Shown piece by piece: positions 39,383 through 56,638 of a stretch of DNA of 64,000 nucleotides. This DNA comes from Trichoplax sp. H2. Taxonomy: Eukaryota. Each line of letters starts with the position of its first letter. Positions within the stretch are counted from its first letter, which is position 1. The stretch covers positions 1 through 64,000 of the forward strand of contig NOWV01000103.1 in NCBI GenBank assembly GCA_003344405.1, in the 5' to 3' direction. The notes under the pieces are model-generated. The model made no database searches. It was given only the letters and a program-made list of their open reading frames with translations, and was not told where the DNA came from. A program made the position numbers and the translations under genes.

Positions 39383-42300
39383 TTAAAGCGGAAGATTTAA
39401 AGGTAAAAAGGCTTTTCTACAAAATGTAACTGCAGGGGCTGGAACGCGATCATAATCGTGTAATTGATCCATATGTGCAGGAGACAAGCCCCGTAGTCCA
39501 GAACGAAATTCTTTATCAAAATTGTCTTCAAAGTAGATCAAAAAATATAACCATAAATAAATTGCATTCAAAAGTTTAACAAAATATCATTATAATATCT
39601 CTACTGCCAGATTAGCACTATACTTACATAGCTATCATGATATTTCACTTACCTTGTTCAATATATTGACTGCAGACACAAGCTAGGAATAATAATTCTC
39701 TGTAAATACTTCTAAAAATTGAAATACACACTAAATCAATCCTTTAACTAGGGCAAGATGAATAGTCAATCGAAGCACACAGTAACACAATACAGTACTG
39801 TATCGAACGTATTTCACTTTTTCATACCGGTGATGCATCCGTAAAGGATTTTTTATTCTTTCTTCTAACAATAAGGTAATTGGAGTGAAAACATTGTTCT
39901 TTTGAAGATTCGTGACGATAGTTTGAACCAAATCAACGTGACTGTCATGAAAAACGTAAAATTATTCTATCGAAATTTTGTGGGGGAAAAGCAACTTGCA
40001 ACATGCAAAGTATTTCCTACGCGTATATGCAAAAACATACCAATTCGAATGATCTTCATAAAAGTTTCCTTCATAATCATCTATGTCGACATAATTGTTA
40101 TCTAAGAAATTTACAATAAAAGATCAATATAAGGACTAACGTATACCCAATATAACCATAAATATAGCGTACCACTCAAGAACTGCCTATATAATGGAAT
40201 CCCATCACTTTCGTCATATTTCTCAAAATCCCATATAGGCAGTACAGCAACTCGCTTTACGTCTAGACGCAGCTGATATTATTGAAGCGCAGTATGTGTT
40301 AATGATTTAATATTGGTACCACATATACTGTACAGTTCAAGTTGAACTTCATCTAACAACAATGGCAGAGTCAAGCATAAAAATGAATTAAGCAAGTTAG
40401 CTAAACCTTAAGAGCTTCTCCATAATGTTCGATATCTTGCGCCTGAGCTCTTTTTAACAATAGTTTTGGTAAAGTTTTCGAGAATCCCGTTCTTGAGAAA
40501 TACCAAACCTAAAATCAACATTATATGGAATCATCCTTCTACAGGTATCAATTAGAAAATAAAGAAATACAATACTATACCAAATTCCAATAAACAGTGC
40601 CATGGTTATCAATAATGGCTGGATCAGCGAAAATATCAAGACCATGATTATCAACCAGGCTCTCTAACTCCTTCTGAAGTACAATTGGGCTTAAATATGG
40701 TACGGATATTGATTCCTCTCGTATAGTATGCTCCGTGTAGAGTGCAGGCATTGACACAGAATATCCACCCGATACCTTAACATTACCATCATCTTTTACA
40801 TCAGAAGTATCGTTTGGTACCATCAAATCATATGCCAATGTCTCTTCCGGTTTGTCGTTGATATCTAAATCATTTACTTGTTTTCTTAAATCACTCATAC
40901 TAAATGACTTATGGGAAGAATGTGAATTAAAAGAATGCAAGCGTCCATGGTTTGTCATGTTATCATTTTCAATCAATTCCTTGTAGGGTTCTTCGTACTG
41001 ATCAAGAACAACAGCATTCGTAACCGGTGTTAAAACTGAACTCGGATACGCAGATTTTGGTGGAAACAAATTATTAATATCATACGAAACAGGATCGCCG
41101 TCCTCGAATGTATTTTCCCGTTCTTCTGAATCTAAAGATCCTGACATATCACTATTTGGTAACGAAATAGTCCTGAAAATGAAAATGATACATTATAAAC
41201 AGCCTAATATCCTAATTAATACATTATCTACAAGCCAACTTACGTTGGATGCCTTTCTTGATACAGCGGTCGATAATCCTACAATAATCGATAAACATAT
41301 AATTATATATTAACGGTTAAAGTTATTTTTATAAAGATCATACAGTAATACAGGCAATGCAACTGTCACTCCTACCTTGATAACTACTGTTAGGAATGCT
41401 ACAAACTTGGCACAACAATAACGACAGCTTTTACGAAGAATAAACAACATCATTATTATATAGATACAGAAGCAAAAAATAAATAGAAAGCTATAACAAT
41501 AAAGCAATTTAGAATTTATCAAACCTTGTGTTTAAGTTCGATTCATTCGCGGTCCATCCAGCCATAATTTCTTCATCATATAGAATAGCACTGCACGAAT
41601 GACACTTTGCACAGCTACTTATCGTAGCTTCAACTGCCAAATCTTCATCTTCATCATCTTCGTCATCTGCCTCAAGTAATGTACCATCTACAAGAGTACC
41701 ATCTAAGAAATTTGAAAATTCGTACTTGCTGTCAAAAGATGACAACAATCCAGACTCTAGCTTAGTATCAAAAGATTTAGAAAATCCATTTTTTCCACGT
41801 TTAAAGGTTAGACGTCGAGAAATCGAAGATAGAGATGAATTTAGAGATGATGACAGACTACTCGCAGCAGATAGCGTATCAAATGAACGTCTTGATCGAA
41901 TTGAAAAAATGTTTTGTTTTCTTGAACTTGCACTAGATGACATACTTGTATTCGAACTAACATTTCCTTGATTTATATTATACGACTTGCGAGGTGTTTT
42001 TACAGGAGTATTACAAGGTGGAACCCTTTGCTCCGAAATTATTTTGTGATTTGCCGTAGGTGATGGAGTTGACGCCATAAAAGGCCTTGTAAAATGTTCT
42101 GAATTATGAGATTGAGGTAACATCTCAAGACTATTATATAATTTCTTATATAAAATCGTTTTCGACATAACATCGTTATCTAAGTACTCATTTCTAGTGA
42201 TGCTATCGTTGTTATAAAAGTTGTCGCTGTAACTCGCATGATCTCCTTGGGCTTGCATCGTGTCAACATTATTTATTTTTAAGAAACTACGAAAAATTGC

Positions 42301-45300
42301 AATAGCAGTAACTACATTTCGGAGAAGAGACCACAACTTTGGGCCTGTTTTTTCCGGCCACGGATTTTCACTTACCGCCTAAAGAACAAAATTTGTTCAA
42401 ACTCTAGAATAAATAACTACAAGTAATTTTTATAAATCTTTATACCTTGTTGTAATAACCATAGGTAACTGCATTAGGGTGAATGCCGACAGCTCGCATA
42501 GTTAATAAAACCTACGTAGTGGTAAAGTTAGTAATGAATAAGTAATAATTATACAGCAAAAATAGATGCAAATATTGCAATTATAAAGATTTTTACTCGT
42601 ATGGCTAAAATTGGCAGCTTGTAAACCGCACACAGGTGCATCATTGATCTGTAGCAAAACTTAAAATGTTCAGGATGTTAGTTTTCCCGTAATATTTCCA
42701 GTAAATATTTATGATGTCAATATATATCTATATTATATTCAAATTACTTCGTCTTGCATGTGTAATTTTGATGTTTGCATTTGTAATAAGACCTACATAG
42801 TAAGAATATTAAGATTTACTACACTTAGCGGAAATATCGCTGATGTACCATATACAATATAAAATGCTCCTTCAAACCTGAAATCCTTTTTTGAGCGCAC
42901 GATTGGGCGATGATTGAACCTTCACGTAAGCAGGAAGATACATGAACCAAATAGTATAGCAACTTCTTAATAAGTATTTTGCCCAAAGTAGCGGACTTTT
43001 CGACTGTTTTCTGGCGATCTACATGTAAACATTAAGCTAAAAATTTTAGCATATGCTCTATATTCCATTTTACAAACTCAACTTTCCTATTTAGAAAACT
43101 CTTCAACTTATGGAAGTATAGAATAACCTCAGCAGCTTCTTCCCTTTCTGCTTGTGAACGTAATAAATTTCCTCGTATTTGCGGCGAGTACATCAAATCT
43201 AACTGATAGTCTTGACATTTCGTAGGCAGAACCAGGAGCGACTCATCTAGTGCAGGAAATGATGAGTACCTAAACATTCATTATAAACATAAGTCCTCAT
43301 GTTAAAATACAGCACTTGCTACTATGCTATTAAGCCAATTCGTACTCGTATTTTTTATTTTCTGGAAGTCCTTCCGTATCTGGCGATGGAATGACTAAGG
43401 TTGTGTAGTTTCTAGAATATGTATAAAAACGTGGCGCAATATATGACTTGAAGATATCAAACAGTCGAGCACTTAAATTGTATTTATGCATTACTTTTGC
43501 TTATGGTCGTCTAACTCCGTAAGGGAAATACCATTCTCAACCTTAAAATGTAAATGATACCGATAAGACTCACGCGGTAGTAATTAATAAAGAAATATAT
43601 GATAACTCAATAAACTGAGAACTAAAAGTAACGCTTTAGTTTAAAACCTTGTTGATATAGTCATCAAAAAATGCAAATTGGACATCGACAGGGGACACAA
43701 ATGATCTCTGCTCTATGAATCGCGTAAATAACTAAAATATGTACGGATAGCAACACTTAGCTTAGATGTAACATCACTTTTGTTAGGCCTACCATATTAA
43801 TACAAATGTAAATAAACCTGAGTTTTGACTAATTGAGAAAAAAATTTCTTTGCTCCACTAGATCTACTTTTCAGAAAACCTGTTAAAAAATGAAATGCTT
43901 TGTAAAGCAATATTCGCCACCCTCTATTAAAAGATAATTATAATTCTCTCACCTTCAAAATCAAACAATGATCTAGCATCGTATACATCTGAAGATGGCG
44001 ATTTCGTTATGGGTAGCAAAAATCGCCTATTTAAACATAGAGAAAGTATGAACGTTGTAACGATAATGTAATCAAAAGGCGATACAACTGCTAAAGGTGA
44101 ATAAATTTTGGATACGTACTTGTAGCCACGCAATAATATCGCTTGTATCGCTAAAAATATATGCTGTATATTTGAGCTAATCGATCTCTGAAAGAATGGT
44201 TAAAATATATTTGTTACTAATCAAATAATTCCTAAAGTTTTCATAGCAAGTTAAATTCGTTAGCAAACCAATTTTCGCTTGATCGTCACATCGTATTCTA
44301 AAGGCGCAATATCAACGGCATAACTTAAACTATCTAAGTTGCCTTGATTCTCTAATGCTATAATATAATGAAACAGAGTTATTTTAAACATAATTTTCGT
44401 TCCTCGACATTTGGTTATAAATAGTCCGTACACTGCAGTAACTGCTGATGAATCCTTCTAAGCTGTTTAAGGACCACGTCTGCGTATTTCTATAAAATTT
44501 ACGACTAGTTAAAAAGTTGTCTAAGACCCAATATTTCAAGCAAGTTATATTGTAAATAAATAAAAGTTCGTCTCGTACCTTTGGTAATATTTTCCAAGTG
44601 ATAGCCCTTTTCTCTGCCCCACTATCGGACGAAATTTTTATGAAAAGTAAAATTAGATTCGTACAGAATTCACCTTTAGCTCACTTATCATGAATTATAC
44701 TTACTATGATATCGTATTTGTATCTAAATCGACACATGTTAATTCAAGAGGTGGTCGGTAAAGATCAAAATACTTAGAATCAATGCCTGTTAAAGATACA
44801 ATACAAACGTTTTCATTATCATTTCAATATCTAGCTCTTAGATATCTAGTACAGCGTGAAATACCTTGGCTATACAAGTACAGAAAGGAATTAATTCAAA
44901 GACAGCAAATTTAACACAATTCGATTTATACCATACTATGAATCCTGCAGAGGTACTAAGTAGCTAAATCTTAATATAGTTTAAACAGTATTTATTTCTA
45001 GCATTAAATATTACCAACCGACAATAAATGGACATGGTGCATTAAGAACATCAGCTAATTTGACCGGACACAGAGGAATATAAGGACACTGCCATTCGAA
45101 TGGGAATATAATCTGTGGTAGTTTATAAAAATTAATTAATAATCAATTAATTTTGTAACGCAAAGATACTTCCAATAAAATTCTAGATTTATCTGCATAG
45201 TATCTATAAGAAGGCATTATACAGTAATTAATAATATAGGTTATCAAGCAAAATCAATTTACTGAAGTGAGCGCTTCAGCTACGCTTGTCAATAATGCCG

Positions 45301-48290
45301 GTCGGCGACAGTGTAAAAGAATCTTTTGCTCCGTCAAAGCTAAACATAGCAATGTTAAACTATTTTCAGGTCCCAGGCAGCGTAAGAAATTAATAAAGGA
45401 AGCACCACTGTAATAGAATAAAAGTATGTATCAAAAAATTTTCTTTATAAACTTGTGAGATGGTAAGGTCAAGTACTGTGTCAATAATATTCCTTGTAAT
45501 AATATGCATACGATCGTCATTACTTAACCTTAATGGTAAAGGAGAATCGACAGGCCTTTGCAAATAATGCTTTTCATGACCCATCTGTAAATGAGATGTA
45601 ATTGTAACCATTACATCAACGGTATGGTACTTTATAAATAAGACTTCCATCGTACCTGCAACAATATCTGTGGTCGATCGGGTGGTGGAAATGGTACAGC
45701 ATCCATAAAATGGGTTACATACCTGATGAAATCCAATAAAACATTGGTTACAATAGTTTGTATATACATGAGAATTTTAATATTCATAAAATTTTATGCT
45801 AGGTTACGTGGTTCTTTACAAGCAAAGTATAATAGTTTTAATACCTTTCGATTGGAATCTCAGTTTGTGCAGATACAGATATTCTATAAAGATTACGTAA
45901 AAACCACCGAAAAGTATCAAAAAAAGGCCAATGAGATAGAAGACAAATACACTTAGTCGCATAGGCTTGCTTAGGATCGGATTTCTGTAAGCAGTAGGCA
46001 AACAGAATGAAATGTCTTTTGATAAGTTGCAATAACCGTACTTAATAATATTACAGTAAACGTTGGAATGCATTATTGTAATTACTAACGGTGAATCAAT
46101 TTCTCTACCTTAAAAACTCGTTCCATATATGGTGTCCACATATCAGACGGTAATTGTTCATAAAATGTTACAGCAGCACCATATACCTAATTAAATTTTA
46201 AATAGTATTGAAATATGGTAAAATAGGAAGGTAAATCAAGACTTTCATATTACATTAATTTTTAATTATCCATCATACATTTAATAAGTAGAGTACAGTA
46301 CAGTACATCATACGATTTGCCGATACCTTATCACCCGATTCCTGAGTTAGAGCAAACGTTGAAAACATCGGTAATGGATGAACGGCATGGTCTGACCAAT
46401 ACTCAACAACAGCTCCCATAGGCAGACAAAATAAAACAACACTATCTGGCAGAGCAAACCAGCTATGATCCTTTAAAGGGTATCGACTTAGTACGTCTAA
46501 TATTAAGATTAAATTAAAATCAATGTCGGTTTTATATCCAAGCGATACGTTCAACGAAGTCGTAAATTGCCTTGATGAATGACGTTAATATCAACATTAA
46601 TTAATGCGAACCTGCTTTGTAGCGAATTGAACGAGCTTGTACTATGGCTTTATTGTAGCAAAGATGAACTTCAGATCCAATCTGTTATACAAAAAATTAA
46701 ACATACAGTATAATAAGTTTCAAAGCGTTCTAGGTGTGCTGTATCTTTGCATATAGGGTTACATAGCGTATTTATAATCCAACTTGAAGATTTGTAAACA
46801 ACTAAAGCTGTTAATCTTACAATGCTTTTGTTAAGACATCTTTTTACTATATGGAATGTATGCGGTGGACTTTCTCCCTAATACATAATAATAAGAATAA
46901 ATTCATTTTTTTTAAATGAAGAATAAATGAACTATACTGTTTGATTGTAGATGTTATTCCTGTTCCATAATTATTTTAAAAGTAATTTTCCCTCTTGATA
47001 CCTTGCTGCTGAGTACAACACCAATACTTGTAATTGCTAACTGATTATGTCCACCAGCTGAAGCGGCACGGCGAAATGCCAAGAATGTGGACGGCTTAGA
47101 CTTATAATTCAAATCTGCTGATCTCCCATATGCCGTCGTCTTAACTATTTGATAGCCACTAGGTAGTTTCTCTTTACCACCATAGTAAACACTATTCGCA
47201 TTAAAAGATGAATAAGATGAAAACAATTGTAGTGGAAAATTGCCATATTACCATTATCAGGGAAATGAAAATAATGGTAGGAGGGAAATTCAAGTTTATA
47301 ACAGCTAAGTAATTATCGTGGGAACCCATTCTACCGCAGTGTGTGCTGAATTAAGAATAGGATAATAGCATTTTTTTTCTACTTTCAATTTACGAGAAGG
47401 TAGTACAATTTTTTTTACCTAATATCGGTTATGGGAGGTTCATCGGTGCCACGACGGAAGCAAAGGTAATAAGAAAAGCCGCGGAAGCTACCATAATTGA
47501 GATCAGCAGCATACCCACTTAAAGTATTTTCTACGCAGGTATAACCTTGACCGTGGGATACAAAAGATATTCATCTAAGTTTACGCACTGGAGCACAATA
47601 CATTACAAGCCGTCTGTTTCTGCTTGTTTCACAGTTGTTAAATTATAAAATCTGGGGAAATGCAGCTTCCTCCATTTTTTGACTTTTACTAACTTTTCCA
47701 TTCTATGTACAAGGTCATGAAATGATTTAAAGTTAAATTCCCCCCCCCCAAAAAAAGAAGAAAATAATGTGGAAAATGAAAGAAGCACTGGTAATACGCG
47801 TATGCCTTCAGGACTTGTAAATACACGTACGCCGGTTTACTTTGCTGAGTATTTATTGCCCGTGATATATGGCAACTAATAATGGAAACTGTCAAAATGT
47901 AGTTACTGCAGTAAATGGAGTATCAATAAAATTAAACAATTCATTGAATAGCATCAAATAACAGAAAGCACAGTCGTATTTCTTTTCCAGGTGAAATAGA
48001 TTGTATTACATGTTGTTGAAGCGTTTCCATTTACAATACTAATCAAGTTATTTGACTACTACGCGTTGATGGTGAGAGAAGAATACAACTCTCCTACCTG
48101 GAGGTACATCTTCTCCAACACTTCTACAAATAACAGTAATATCGGTGATGGGTTCAGTAGGCCTGGGGACAACGGTATTGCCTAAAGTCTCATTACATTC
48201 ACGTTCTTGCATCGGGCTGTCTGTATTTTGCAATCCTACCATAACAAAATAATCGGCAATACGTTGTGCTCTTCTTGATTGATACGCCAT
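39383..48290 (-). CDS. DENND4: DENN domain protein 4 (MABP + DENN + PPR-like; Rab10 GEF family, Crag/MYCPBP-like), multi-exon
   Basis: Starts [33 protein letters not shown] and ADLNYGS. u[27 protein letters not shown] and [15 protein letters not shown]. c[30 protein letters not shown]-terminal [17 protein letters not shown] and YWNLVWYF. Stop at 39385-39383. Confidence 0.95.
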
Positions 48291-51200
48291 CTTGATATCC
48301 AATCAATTAAGCTTTTCTTCCCATCCAGTATCGGCTCGTAATGTACGTTGAATGATATTGACTTGAAGAGCGATAGACCAGATATCAATGAGAACTGGTA
48401 GTGATAATATAGTAATTGAAAATTCAGTGATGACTAGGCGTTAATTCAACAATAATTTGTACGATCTACTCCAATTCAACAAGGCCATTGCATCCAGTAC
48501 TAGCGACGTCTACAGCGGAAAAAAAATTACCAAAGTCCAAGACTGACGAGTAATATCTATTCTCAGTCAATTTAAAAATCCATGGATACCCTATCAAAAG
48601 ATCGATACCAGTCAAATTGGATCATGTTGATACTCTTTTAATCGCAGTCATCGTTCCAAAGTCTTCTATGAATCAAGATCTTTCAATGGCTAGCAATAGC
48701 ATTAATTTATTTATTCTACCAATTAATAATTCTATGCCGTAAAATGCAGTGAATGCGGGACTTGGAGAAACGCCAGACCTGAACAGGAAGTGCAATCTGG
48801 ACGCTTTTATACCCACACTACTTACAGTACTTGGTACTGTGAATCGAGAGTAGTTTATACTACAGCACGACGAAGCTGAAGTCATCCGTGGCCAACATAG
48901 TCAAGAGCTAGCAATCAAACTTGCTGTTTGAGTAGCTGATCGCAATCGTCATCCTTGCCCGTCCTACAGTGCATTTCACTGCAAGACTCATTTCTACGGG
49001 TATTGTCATGGAGAAAAATGACGTACGCCAAACGCCGTATGTGGACAGAGCATTAATGGCTCGCTGTTGGTTTCTTGCCATTAACGTGGGATGATGGCTA
49101 CAAAAGTGTTTGTTATTCGTCCTACAGTAGGCACTAAAAGTAGGTAGTGATACTGGTGGATTTTCCACTTTGAAGCAATCCCCATAGGACGAATAATAGG
49201 GACTAGAAATGATTTTCAACATGGAGAAATTGAATCATCATCGTAACCAATTGACTCTGAGATGGACATCGAGATATTCCATTTATCTCGATGCTGGCTG
49301 GCTTGCCAAAGCCTACAATCTCTGTGTAGTCAATGGGTTTACAATACTAAACTCCAAATTGGAACGATTAAAATTGACCAAATCTCGAATAACGTGATAC
49401 AATGACTGAAACTACAAGCCCGCAAATAGAAAGAAAAAAAAAATGAATTCCATCTGACTCGCAATCGATCATAACCCATGCATTTATTCAAAATTTCACA
49501 ACAGATTATAGAGCTCGTATATCAGCAATGGCTATCATTTCCTCCAATGGATCTTCTAAGTTGCCAATATTTACACAAAAAGTAGCAGCGAGCGTGGATA
49601 GGCAGACCAGCAATACTCGATAGTTTTGGATAGTGTATTTAATTTTGATTTTGGGGGGTGATGGATTGATTGATTTTATTATAGCATCAAAAGAATCACA
49701 ACGTGGTATTATATTCATAGATGTGTATTGAATTCATGAATCGCATCTTGGAAGTCATTTCTACGCATATGATCATGGTTGTACAGTATTGTATTGTCAA
49801 CTGTATAAAGTACCCTTTTAATATTCCGGTGTTGAAGTATATAGTAGAATAGAGAGTACCGAAAGTGGGCTATGCAAATCAGTACAGCTTCGTCATTTTG
49901 ACACAAATTGTAAGTCATCAAAAGCGATAATTATACTGTAATACAAACCATAAATTCATCATACTCTCTTCTTGCTTAACTAAACGACAAATCTTTTGCT
50001 CATGGAACACCTTGAGAGTATCTACTACCGTTACATAAAGTATGTTACTCCATCGAACGCTAGCTAATTTTGAGCTTGTCATAACAATTACTTTCAACTT
50101 GATGTAGATGGATGACTTAAATCAAGGCGCAATCATTCCAATCTTAACCTGTTTATATCATTTCTACTTGTAATGAATGAATGAATTAATAAGTGAAAAT
50201 AGGTAAATGAACAGTCCATGTACCGCCTATTCGTCACATGCATTGACAGTATATATAGACTGTATATATATAGTATTGTAAACTAAGAAATAGTGCGTGT
50301 GTGATCAAGAATAACCGTGGAATGTCAATAGTCAACATTGTAGTAGAAATGGATTTCATGAAACAGCCTTCGCATTCGTAAATACGCGTATTATAGAGCC
50401 CAGGGTAGCTCAGGGAATGACACTAATTTTTTTAGATTGATTATCTCAAAAGCGTATCTAGCAAGCTGTGATAGTTTATAGCCGCAACTTTGGATGTTTT
50501 CTTGGAACAATAATTCGAAGTTATTTGCCTGATGTATTAGCATTCTTCTTCTCTTTGCTAACGCAAATAATTTGCATGGAGATTTATATAAAGATCGTAA
50601 TAAGACATATGACTAAACAATTGCGTTGTAGTTTATGAGTCATAAATCCACGCCGATTGTTACCTACAAGGATACCGTAAAAGTGTGTGTGGGTTGATGA
50701 ACATGATGATGGCCCGTATGCTATAAGCACATAAGTTACGAAACTGTTGGCAATTCATTAATGAATCGTCATTAAATGACAATGATCATTATTTTACCGT
50801 TTACACTAAGCGTATACAGTATTCTATCATGGCTGTAAGCCTTTCTGCTGTACTGTATACGTACAGTAGAAAAACAACAATTTTCCAATATACGCACTTT
50901 ACAGTTTCGTTCAGTTGAGCCTTAATACGTAATAACGTAAAACGCTTACGAATTTATAATCGCCTTCATGCAAACATAAAACTCGATTTTTAGCTTATTT
51001 AAATCCCAGAATTAGAATTAATCAATGAACCCTTTTAAATTTCTGTATGCATGAAACCGTAAGGCGAAATTCATTGTTGGTCTATTGTCATGGAAAGAGG
51101 AAATCAATATGGCTTTAAATCAATAACTATTGTGCGAACAGAAACCTCTAATCAATAAATAATGATTTAATTAAAAGGATTACGTAGTAATACGCAGATA

Positions 51201-52971
51201 TTCTATGCAGTCCTTGGGTATAGATAGTAAATTGCATGTTTGACTGCTGGAAACTTTCAATTTAAATTTATCGTAAAATAATCAAAAGTTTTCCATTGCC
51301 AATACAGTAGTCTAATGATACTGTACGGCCAATATGCAAGCGTAATACTATACAGTACTATAGCACGAGCAATGAATAGCTGTGATTTTGCTAATTAACC
51401 GCTTTTACAACAAAAAGAAAAAGATGCAGTTATGTTGTGTGCACTATGCGCCTCTAAAATAATACTGCACAGTATTGCCATCTTTACAGAAATTCAACCT
51501 TTATTTCTGTCCGGTTCCAATTGGTGTCAACATTTTAATTTTTTTTATTTTCTTTCTAAATTTTAAATTTATGTTGACATACTGTGCAATGTGCCATTAC
51601 AATACTGCCAATTTGAAAAGCTGCTTAGTCATACAAATCAAAGAAAGAAGAAAAAACATGTTGTACACTTAGTGGTTTATAGTACTGTAGTACTGGTCTT
51701 TAGATGAAAAGTACTAGAGGTAAAAGAAAAGAAAACACTATAGTTGTGATGCTGATGTTGATGGAGGTTTCTATTTTTCTTTCTTTTATCGCCACAGTTC
51801 CGTAGACCGAGTACGGTAGTAAGTACCATATGAAAGCAAGATAATGCTAAAGCAAAAGGGACGCCAAGACAAGAGTGAAAGATCGACTACCGTATCATGG
51901 ACTACTAAAATACAGAATACACTACAATAATCATATTTTAGTAGTTCATGACTGTACACTGTACAGTATGTAAAAAAGAAGAGAGGGGACCGCCGGCGGC
52001 CATTAGTGCAAGATGATTTTTTCGGTTATTCTTCGAAATCGTGTACAGTAATGTACTGTAGATAGTATACAGCACACTGGGCCAGGGACTCTTTTTAAGT
52101 CTCTTCTTAAAGCAGAAAATCGTTAAGTAATCCCTGACTGGGCCCAGATATTGCATATAATTAATTATTAGTCAACGGCCGTAGGCTGTGGGTCTAGGAC
52201 AATTTGACGTGGACAATTTACCGCTGTACAATGTCGTAGGATGGAAACAATATCAATCTAGATTTAATATTGCGAGGACGAATTGAATACTTTGCAGCGT
52301 TCAATCCTATACACCGTAAAATTAATCGAATGCAGTAAAGTATCTGTTTCGATATTACGAGGGTGGATTGAATAATTTACAGCATTCAATCCTATACAGT
52401 GTAAAATTAATTTAATGTGATAAAAATTATCCGGTTGATGTCGATACCTTTAATAATTAAGCGACTTACGTTGAGTATTTAATTAGGATATCGACATCAA
52501 CATGGCTACAGTCATGGACTACTCAGTCAAAAATTATACCCGTTGCATAAAAATTGTCACCTTCACTCCATTAAGAGAGTAACTCTTTTTTCTACATAAA
52601 GGTGACAATCTTTATGCACAAGGTGACGATTTCAATCAAGTAGTCTTTACTGCCGTATAGTACTGTATGTGCACAAAGAAAATGTTCCCCCATGCAAAAA
52701 AACGAACTTGTGTTCTGTCTGTCCTTCTGTGTTTTGTATTGCATCAATGTGCGTCTGCGCAATATGGCACCGCATTCAGTTTCACTGTACTGTACTATAC
52801 TGTAGAATAGAATAGTGATTGCCTCATACTGTACCATGTACACTGAAGACTGTATCACACAGTACTATACCGTAAGGTACTGCACACTGCACCAATAGAC
52901 AGTACCCCCCCCCTAAAGCTTGTTTTTCATTACTGTAGCATACAGTATACAATATTGATGGATGAGAAAGC

Positions 52972-55404
<2,433 letters not shown>

Positions 55405-56638
55405 ATATGGATTAATGCCGACGATAATTTGTTCTAGGCATAAGTTCTCCACGTTGCTAATTTACGCAAAAGTTTTAATAATTGTCCATTGATATTGCTA
55501 TAATTTGATTATGCTTCATGTAATATACACTATATTCTTTTAACATATAGCAAACATCGTGACAAACTATTATAAACATTTGTGATAGGGTTAGATAAAA
55601 GATACAGCTATGCATACGAGTCATTTTGCTTTGTACAGTACAACGTTAAAAATCATTTTTATTGAAATTATTTCTAACCGCAAATTATTTACTTACTGTT
55701 ATGACAGACAAAACTAAGTAAGCAGTATGCACTGCCTTAACCTAATAATTAATAAATATTTAAATTTATACGTCAAGTATAAAAAATTGATTCAAACGTA
55801 CTTCTTGTCCTGTGCTGATAGCAAATCTAGATATAGATGACAAAATCACTACTGAAACTGGATCAAAGCTTGTACTACACTGTTAGAGTCAGAACTATCC
55901 AACTGGCACCATTAAAGTTACATACTGATGTAGCAGTCATTTTCATTCATGACTATGCTACTTATAGTAGCTGTCACTTTTGTGTATCGTTACAAAATTA
56001 ATGGCCAAAAATACGAGTTAATACGTTACAAGTATGATTGCTGAAATGATTAATACGCCTTGAGCCCAACTTGACACTATCGGCCGTAGTTTGCTATTTG
56101 TAGTCAATCAAACGTACAGTACTAAAGTTAAAATTCAACAAGGGCTATTTCAAACAAAGTTTTTCTATTTATTTAATCGTAAGCATGGAAACTTACTAAT
56201 ATGACCAATATTAAATTTAACGATAGAATTTGATAGCATTCAAACAAAATGACAGATGATATACAAATTGGATAATTTTAAACTCTAGATTATGTCTAAT
56301 CAAGCCCCTTTCATACAATGGAAAGAAGGTAGCGTTAGCGAGCAAAATACGTGTATCCGGCATACACGTGTTCGTAAAAATACGACATGATCGCCAGGCT
56401 CACTAATATAGTTTATTGAATCAAAACGGATACATCTGCATCATTAATACGCCTGATAAAAGAATTATTTTATCAAAGTTAACCGTAATGCACGATATTA
56501 TCGTAAGTTGTAGTTGACATGTACAGCATACTGTACGTGTATGTACTAAGTTTTCATTTTATAGTTTAACAAGAACATTATGCTCCCTTTAGCCATAAGA
56601 TAAGTAACACAATAAACTACGGGAATTTGAAGTATAAT

